The position numbers and the translations under genes are program-made. A model generated the notes under the pieces. That model was not told the origin of the DNA, did no database searches, and was given only the letters and a program-made list of their open reading frames with translations. From the NCBI GenBank assembly GCA_963677435.1, contig OY781945.1:2144001-2208000 (forward strand): 64,000 nucleotides of DNA, written 5' to 3'. Source of the stretch: an uncultured Aliarcobacter sp. (GTDB lineage Bacteria > Campylobacterota > Campylobacteria > Campylobacterales > Arcobacteraceae). This document shows positions 58,538-64,000 of this stretch, one piece after another (the stretch's first letter is position 1; each line of letters opens with the position of its first letter).

Positions 58538-60048
58538 TCATTTTCCTGTCTTACAATTTGTCTTTTATTTGCTTTTGAGACCTCTTTTTGTGCAAAATCA
58601 TAATTTAAAGGAATTATTTTTTTTAAAAATGGTGGAATTTTTCTTCCTCCAACTTTCATAACATCCTGTAAAATCGTGTTTGCTAATAGTTCTTTATTAT
58701 GTTTTGGTAACATATATTCAAATAAAAATTCCGCCATTCTATCAAGAGAAATCTTATAAGTCGATTCACTTCTTTTATAAAGCCAAATACTTAAATCGTA
58801 GAAGTTTTCAAAAACTTTTCCATCTTCAAAAAGTAGTGTTGTTGTTTTTTGGAAATTTCCACTATTATAAACAATATCCCAAAATCTAGCGAATCTTTTC
58901 ATTTTTTGCATCATAGAAAAATCAATCAAATCATTTTTCAAAATATCATATGGAGGTGAATCATTATAAACCATTCCATAAACTTTATCATGTCTATCAA
59001 GGGTTGTTCCTGATAATTTTTTTAATATTCCAACTTGAATTTCACCTGTTGAGAGAGTATAAAGTTGATTTAGATTTTTTCCAAAACTCTCTATTGTTTC
59101 ACTTGGAAGCCCAATAATTAAATCTATATGCATATGAGCATGTGTCTCTTGAGATAAAAATTTTAGATTATCTTTGATTTTGTCAATTTTTAAATTTCTA
59201 TGAATTTCTCTTGCAACATCAAGATTTAAAGTTTGAATACCGACTTCAAGCTGTAAACATCCTGGTTTAAACTGTTTTATTAAATCTCTTAACTCTTCAG
59301 GGAAATTATCAGGAATTACCTCAAAATGTAAAAAATAATCTTCTTGTTTTGCTAGGAAATAATTTAAAATTGCTTTTGCATAAGAGATTTTGATATTAAA
59401 AGTTCTATCAATAAATTTGAAGTTTCTAGCACCTCTAATCCACAGTTTTTCAATCTCATCTAAAAAAACATTGATATCTAAATATCTCATTCTTGTCTCA
59501 ATTGAAGAGAGACAAAACTCACATTCAAAGGGGCAACCACGAGCATTTTCAACATAAATATGTCTATTTTTTATATCAAAATCTGTGTAATCATCATAAG
59601 GTAAAACTATTGATTCTAAATCAACTTTTGGCGAACTTATAGTTCGTGGTTGAGTACAGTTTCCATCAAGTAATTCTCTACAAAGATTGTAAAAAGTCAC
59701 TTCCCCTTCTCCACAAACTATATAATCTGCCATATCGAAATTTACTCTAAGTGGTTGAAAACTAACCTCCGGACCACCTAAAACTACTATAGTTTGGGGT
59801 GATACTCTTTTTATTATTCGAACAAGTTCACCAATATCAAATGCATTCCAAATATATACAGCAATTCCTATAATTTTTGGTTTTTTTTCAAGTATTTGTT
59901 CTGCTATTGTTTGAACTGAAGAGTTTATAACAAACTCTAAAATCTCAGCCTCGTTTTTTAGTTCTTTTAAATTTGCTAATAAATATCTCAAACCCAATGA
60001 ACTGTGAGAATATCTAGCGTTTAATGTTGTAAGTATTATGTTTTTCAT
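58534..60048 (-). CDS. B12-binding radical SAM protein (DUF4080-associated type)
   Basis: NARYSH, VYIWN, GGPEV, GEGE, RGCPFECEFC (CxxxCxxC), F.DRTFN, DLIIGLP; likely ATG start at 60048. Confidence 0.92.
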   Translation of the reverse strand: MKNIILTTLNARYSHSSLGLRYLLANLKELKNEAEILEFVINSSVQTIAEQILEKKPKIIGIAVYIWNAFDIGELVRIIKRVSPQTIVVLGGPEVSFQPLRVNFDMADYIVCGEGEVTFYNLCRELLDGNCTQPRTISSPKVDLESIVLPYDDYTDFDIKNRHIYVENARGCPFECEFCLSSIETRMRYLDINVFLDEIEKLWIRGARNFKFIDRTFNIKISYAKAILNYFLAKQEDYFLHFEVIPDNFPEELRDLIKQFKPGCLQLEVGIQTLNLDVAREIHRNLKIDKIKDNLKFLSQETHAHMHIDLIIGLPSETIESFGKNLNQLYTLSTGEIQVGILKKLSGTTLDRHDKVYGMVYNDSPPYDILKNDLIDFSMMQKMKRFARFWDIVYNSGNFQKTTTLLFEDGKVFENFYDLSIWLYKRSESTYKISLDRMAEFLFEYMLPKHNKELLANTILQDVMKVGGRKIPPFLKKIIPLNYDFAQKEVSKANKRQIVRQENE

Positions 60049-60134
60049 TCGCGATTGTAACACAAAGTTATTGATATTAACTTTTCATAAACCAATCTTT
60101 AATATACTAATCTTTTTATTTAAAAGGAAGATTT

Positions 60135-60437
60135 ATGTTAAACGACACTTTTTCAAGATTTAGACTTATATCATTTATAGAAGGAATTTCTTTTTTAGTT
60201 TTACTTTTTATTGCAATGCCACTTAAATATTTAGCTGGGATTCCACTTGCTGTTAAAATTGTGGGAATGACCCATGGAGTTCTGTTTATACTTTTTGTTA
60301 TTGCTTTATATATGGCTATGAAAAGATACCAATGGAAGTTTCTAACTTTCCAACTTTTTGTTTATTCTTTAATACCTTTTGGTTTTATTTTGATAGAAAA
60401 AACAATAATGAAATCACCTCCAAAAAAGCTAGACTAA
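60135..60437 (+). CDS. DUF3817 family small membrane protein
   Basis: FR.ISFIEGISF..L.FIAMP.KY, G..HG.LF, IPFG. Confidence 0.85.
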   Translation: MLNDTFSRFRLISFIEGISFLVLLFIAMPLKYLAGIPLAVKIVGMTHGVLFILFVIALYMAMKRYQWKFLTFQLFVYSLIPFGFILIEKTIMKSPPKKLD

Positions 60438-60902
60438 ATGGTTTTTGAAAAAGGTTTTTTAGGAACAACTGCTCCTTTATATTTGGATATAACAACTGTA
60501 TATTTTGCAGTTTTACCTTTTTTGTTAGCTTTTAGTATCTATTTTGCCATTAAAAAAGAGTATAAAAAACACTTTTTTTCTCAGGTTATTATTTTAGGAT
60601 TAACACTTATAATTGTAGTGATTTTTGAAATATGTATTAGAGTTTCAGGTGGATTTTTAGAGTATTCAAAATACAGCAATGTCTCTTTTGACTTTATGCT
60701 TGTTTTCTTAACTATTCATATTTTAATTGCAATCGCAGCTATTGGTGGATGGTTATTCTTATTTATCTCATCTTATAAAGATTATAAAAACCACTTACTT
60801 GATGGGAAAAAACATAAGAAAATAGGAAAAGCAATATTTTTTGCTTTAACTATTAGCTCTATTATGGGAATTTTTATCTATTTGTTTTTATTTGTTTTTT
60901 AA
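60438..60902 (+). CDS. DUF420 family membrane protein
   Basis: Four TMs with conserved His residues (KKH, IHILIA, KHKKIG). Confidence 0.75.
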   Translation: MVFEKGFLGTTAPLYLDITTVYFAVLPFLLAFSIYFAIKKEYKKHFFSQVIILGLTLIIVVIFEICIRVSGGFLEYSKYSNVSFDFMLVFLTIHILIAIAAIGGWLFLFISSYKDYKNHLLDGKKHKKIGKAIFFALTISSIMGIFIYLFLFVF

Positions 60903-61690
60903 ATAGTAATATATCCCTCAAGATATAAAACTGCTTGTCCTGAGATAATCACTTTATCCTCTAAAACTTTACATTTTAGTAAGCCACCTCTTTTTGAGGC
61001 TTGGTGAGCTATTAATTCATTTTTATTTAATTTATCTGCCCAATAAGGAGCAAGTCCTGTGTGAATTGAACCAGTTACTGGATCTTCATCACCTCCATTT
61101 GCTGGCCAAAAATATCTTGAAATAAAATCATACTCTTTTGATTTTGAAGTAATAACAACATCATAAGGTGCTAATTTTTTTAATTCTTCAAGATTTACAT
61201 CTATTGAATAAATATCTTCTTCATTTGAAAAAACTGCAAAATATGCTTGTTGGTTATGTAAAACTTCATTTGGAGTTATTGATAAACCAGATAATAGCTC
61301 TTTTGGAATAGAATCTAAAACTTTTGGTTTTCTATTTGGAAAAGTCATTTGAATATAACCAGAATCTAATTTTTCAACACTTAAATCTCCTACAGCTTTT
61401 GCAGAAAAAATCACTTTTTCTAAGGCTTCATTTTCTTTAAATATTACAAAAGCAGTTGCTAGTGTTGCATGACCGCAAAAGTCAATTTCAGTTATTGGAG
61501 AAAACCATCTTATTTCATAAATATTTTGAGCATTTTTAAAAGTAAAAGCCGTTTCAGAAAGATTATTCTCAGTTGCAATTTGTTGCATTAACTCTGTTGA
61601 TAACCACTCTTCAAGAATTATAACTCCTGCATAATTTCCTTTGAATACTTTGTTTGTAAATGCATCTATTTGATATATTTTTAGTTTCAT
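60899..61690 (-). CDS. PhzF family isomerase
   Basis: QIDAF...FKGN, NLSETAF, IRWFSP..EIDFCGHATLA, EDPVTGS. Confidence 0.93.
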   Translation of the reverse strand: MKLKIYQIDAFTNKVFKGNYAGVIILEEWLSTELMQQIATENNLSETAFTFKNAQNIYEIRWFSPITEIDFCGHATLATAFVIFKENEALEKVIFSAKAVGDLSVEKLDSGYIQMTFPNRKPKVLDSIPKELLSGLSITPNEVLHNQQAYFAVFSNEEDIYSIDVNLEELKKLAPYDVVITSKSKEYDFISRYFWPANGGDEDPVTGSIHTGLAPYWADKLNKNELIAHQASKRGGLLKCKVLEDKVIISGQAVLYLEGYITI

Positions 61691-62289
61691 TTTATCATTT
61701 CCTTTAAAATCTTTTTTATTTGTTTTTTATGAACCATTTGATGAATTGCTGACATAAGCAACCATTGATGTGGATTTAAACAACCAAACCATGGATGAGA
61801 AAGGCAGTTGTTTATATATTTATTCTCAACTTTTGTTTCTATAGATTTTTTATAATTATTTAAAAAATTATCATATTTTTCTACTATATCTTCATTTATT
61901 TCTACAAATGGTTTGAAATTTTCTATTTTTACTGTAAAGTCTATTTTCTCATTTTTACTTAAATTTACAATTCCCTCTTGTAAAGTCTCTCCAACATAAA
62001 GTAAATGCCAAAGAACCATTGCAGGTGAGTAATATCTTGAATTATCTTCAATACCAAATATTTTAGGAATTAGTACTTTTTTAAATAGTTTATCTTTGGG
62101 TAAATCTTTTACTAAATTTATAATCTCTTTACCTTCATATTCAAAAAACTTCATAGCATTATCCCATGAAATAAAAGTTTTTAAAATAGGAAATCCAATA
62201 TATTTTAAAAATATTGCATCAATTTTTGGTAAACCATGTCCTGGTTTTTCTAAATTATTTTGGATTTTTATATCTTCTTTTGTTTGCAT
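61687..62289 (-). CDS. DinB-like four-helix-bundle protein
   Basis: S..MVLWHL, HPWFG.L...W, HQMVH..QI metal-binding His set; start uncertain (62289 or 62319). Confidence 0.7.
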   Translation of the reverse strand: MQTKEDIKIQNNLEKPGHGLPKIDAIFLKYIGFPILKTFISWDNAMKFFEYEGKEIINLVKDLPKDKLFKKVLIPKIFGIEDNSRYYSPAMVLWHLLYVGETLQEGIVNLSKNEKIDFTVKIENFKPFVEINEDIVEKYDNFLNNYKKSIETKVENKYINNCLSHPWFGCLNPHQWLLMSAIHQMVHKKQIKKILKEMIK

Positions 62290-62303
62290 TTTAACTCTTT
62301 GTT

Positions 62304-63002
62304 TTAAGCTTTCATCCAAGCTCTAATATTCATACTTAAAAGTTCTGGTTCTTCTAGGGGAATATTGTGACTTGTTCCTTTTCTTGAAATGATATTTATA
62401 TTGTGATTTGTATTTTGGAATTTTTTAATTGATTCTTGATTTAAAAGCCTGTCTTTATCACTATAAAAAGACCAAACTTTAATATCTAAATTTATTAAGT
62501 CCTCAAACAAATCTCTTCTTTTAAAAGTACTTGTTAATTGTGCGATAAAAGTCTCTTTTCCTGAATCAAAAAACATATCTTGGATTATTTTTATCAATTC
62601 TTCATCATTTTGATTTTTTTCTTCAAGTAATGATTTTGCTTTTTCATAAGGTAAACCCTCAAAGCCCTCTTTTTCAATAACTACAAACTTTTGTTTTCTT
62701 CTTTGTATTTCTGTTTCTGTAGAGTTTCCAGGAGTTGAGGCAACTGTAAAAAGTCTATTTATTCTATTTGGGTAAGTTATTGCAAAATAAGAAGCTATAT
62801 AACCTCCTAGGGAAAATCCTAGAAGGTTTATTTTGTCTTCTTTGAAAAAGTTAAATAAAATATCAATTATCTCATCAAAATCTTCGCTGTGAGGAATTGG
62901 AACATTTATTAACTCATATTCCTCTTGTAAAAAAGGAAGCAACCTACTCCAAAGCCTTTGATCAGTCATAAGGCCTGGAATTAAATATATTTTTTCTTTC
63001 AT
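62304..63002 (-). CDS. Alpha/beta fold hydrolase
   Basis: IPGL, GFSLGG nucleophile elbow, D(KDRL), SHNIPLEEP. Confidence 0.9.
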   Translation of the reverse strand: MKEKIYLIPGLMTDQRLWSRLLPFLQEEYELINVPIPHSEDFDEIIDILFNFFKEDKINLLGFSLGGYIASYFAITYPNRINRLFTVASTPGNSTETEIQRRKQKFVVIEKEGFEGLPYEKAKSLLEEKNQNDEELIKIIQDMFFDSGKETFIAQLTSTFKRRDLFEDLINLDIKVWSFYSDKDRLLNQESIKKFQNTNHNINIISRKGTSHNIPLEEPELLSMNIRAWMKA

Positions 63003-64000
63003 TTACTAAGTCTAAATAGTGGAATATCTACCATTTCAACAGGATAATTTTGTTGATCTAATTCTCCATCTTGAGGAACTATTTCAGATTGGGCATCTTT
63101 ATTTGAATTTTCATTTAAAGAACCAGCTCTTAAATATACAACTAAATTTTTTAAATCTTTAGTATCTATTATTAAACTCATCTCTTTATCTCCACCTTTA
63201 TTCCAATTGTCATCCCAACCTTCAACTAAAAGATATGAAGAGTCCACATTTTGTTCTAATCCACCGTTCCAAATCTTTGTTCCTGCTTCATAAAAATTTA
63301 TTTCATCAAAGCTATTTGTCATTTTTTTAGTAATTCTTTTTGCATCTTTAAATTCTGGAAAAGAAACAGAAATTCCACCACTTGAAACAACTTTTAGATT
63401 TGGAGTATATTTTATATCAAGTTGTAAAAGATTTTCATCTATCATTTTATATTTATATGTTAAATCTTTTTGCGATATTTTTTTAATTGTTGAATCTTGC
63501 GTATCAGCTGTATCATCAAATACTTCATCATTATTTTGAGGAAGAGCTAATTGGTTTTTTTCTAAAACTTTTTTGTCATTTATATATAAACCATCATCTT
63601 TCAAAATAGCTTCAAATCTTTTTAAATTATCACTTGCATCTGTAAAATCAATATCTGAATTCTCTCTTAGATTTAATAGAGTTTTTAAATTTTGAGCTGT
63701 TGGAAGGTCTAAATCAACAGTTAATTTTGCATTTTCAAAAATCTCTGTAAAATTCTCTATTTTATCTTGTGGAATATTTTTATTTAATTTTAGGTTCAAA
63801 TTAAATTTTAAAGTATCAAAAATCTTTTGAGTTTTTATAGTATAACTTGAAGCCATTCCATTTGAATTAACTGATAATCCACTTTGAATCAAAGTTTTAA
63901 GATAGTCTTCATATTTACCAACACTTAAATCCATTGCGTACTGTTCAAGATTTTTATATGGAAAATTATTAATATTAAAAGTAAATGATGTATTTTTTAA
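62999..64000 (-). CDS. Hypothetical protein, 3' part only (gene starts beyond the window)
   Basis: Frame stays open from ATG 63934 to the window end; beta-rich, no recognisable motif. Confidence 0.75.
   Translation of the reverse strand, partial: LKNTSFTFNINNFPYKNLEQYAMDLSVGKYEDYLKTLIQSGLSVNSNGMASSYTIKTQKIFDTLKFNLNLKLNKNIPQDKIENFTEIFENAKLTVDLDLPTAQNLKTLLNLRENSDIDFTDASDNLKRFEAILKDDGLYINDKKVLEKNQLALPQNNDEVFDDTADTQDSTIKKISQKDLTYKYKMIDENLLQLDIKYTPNLKVVSSGGISVSFPEFKDAKRITKKMTNSFDEINFYEAGTKIWNGGLEQNVDSSYLLVEGWDDNWNKGGDKEMSLIIDTKDLKNLVVYLRAGSLNENSNKDAQSEIVPQDGELDQQNYPVEMVDIPLFRLSK

Noticed and set aside
1492..62326. Many short ORF-track entries antisense to, or out of frame within, long genes (e.g. 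1492-1731, 3988-4212, 21315-21557, 27759-28076, 30627-30968, 35346-35654, 43302-43529, 55401-55703)
   Set aside because: They lie inside well-supported genes, show no recognisable motifs and look like shadow ORFs.
1..64000. CRISPR array, tRNA or rRNA genes
   Set aside because: No regularly spaced repeats or structured GC-rich RNA-like segments seen; intergenic regions are short and AT-rich.

Overview
AT-rich chromosomal window from a Campylobacterota bacterium, most likely Arcobacteraceae. This is inferred from gene content and order: epsilon-type DapD, rodA/rluD-FN3 lipoprotein-trmB-ftsEX, hemL-atpZ/I-like genes and an Arcobacter-type MCP. About 1-29.6 kb is housekeeping: leuDB, rpoD, hemL, ppnP, tonB, rodA, rluD, trmB, ftsEX-envC, an ABC-F ATPase, dapD, priA, zapAB-like genes and livKHMGF. 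About 29.7-49.7 kb is a nickel/[NiFe]-hydrogenase maturation locus (hypBCD...hypEA, cytochrome c553, a His-rich NifX-like protein, a nikKMLQO ECF transporter) carrying two defence cassettes. The first is mcrC-mcrB plus a DCTPP1-like dCTP pyrophosphatase, between hypD and hypE. The second is a helicase-less restriction-modification system (fused endonuclease-m6A methyltransferase plus separate S subunit), translationally coupled to a DGQHR/DndB-like + nucleoside-deoxyribosyltransferase/TIR-like fusion protein and followed by a YhcG/DUF1016 nuclease. The second cassette is the best candidate for an undescribed system. A catalytically degenerate IS1595-type transposase without visible terminal repeats lies next to it. 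About 49.8-64 kb holds chemotaxis, transport, c-di-GMP and miscellaneous enzyme genes. I saw no rRNA, tRNA or CRISPR array. All assignments come from motif recognition by eye; no database search was run.
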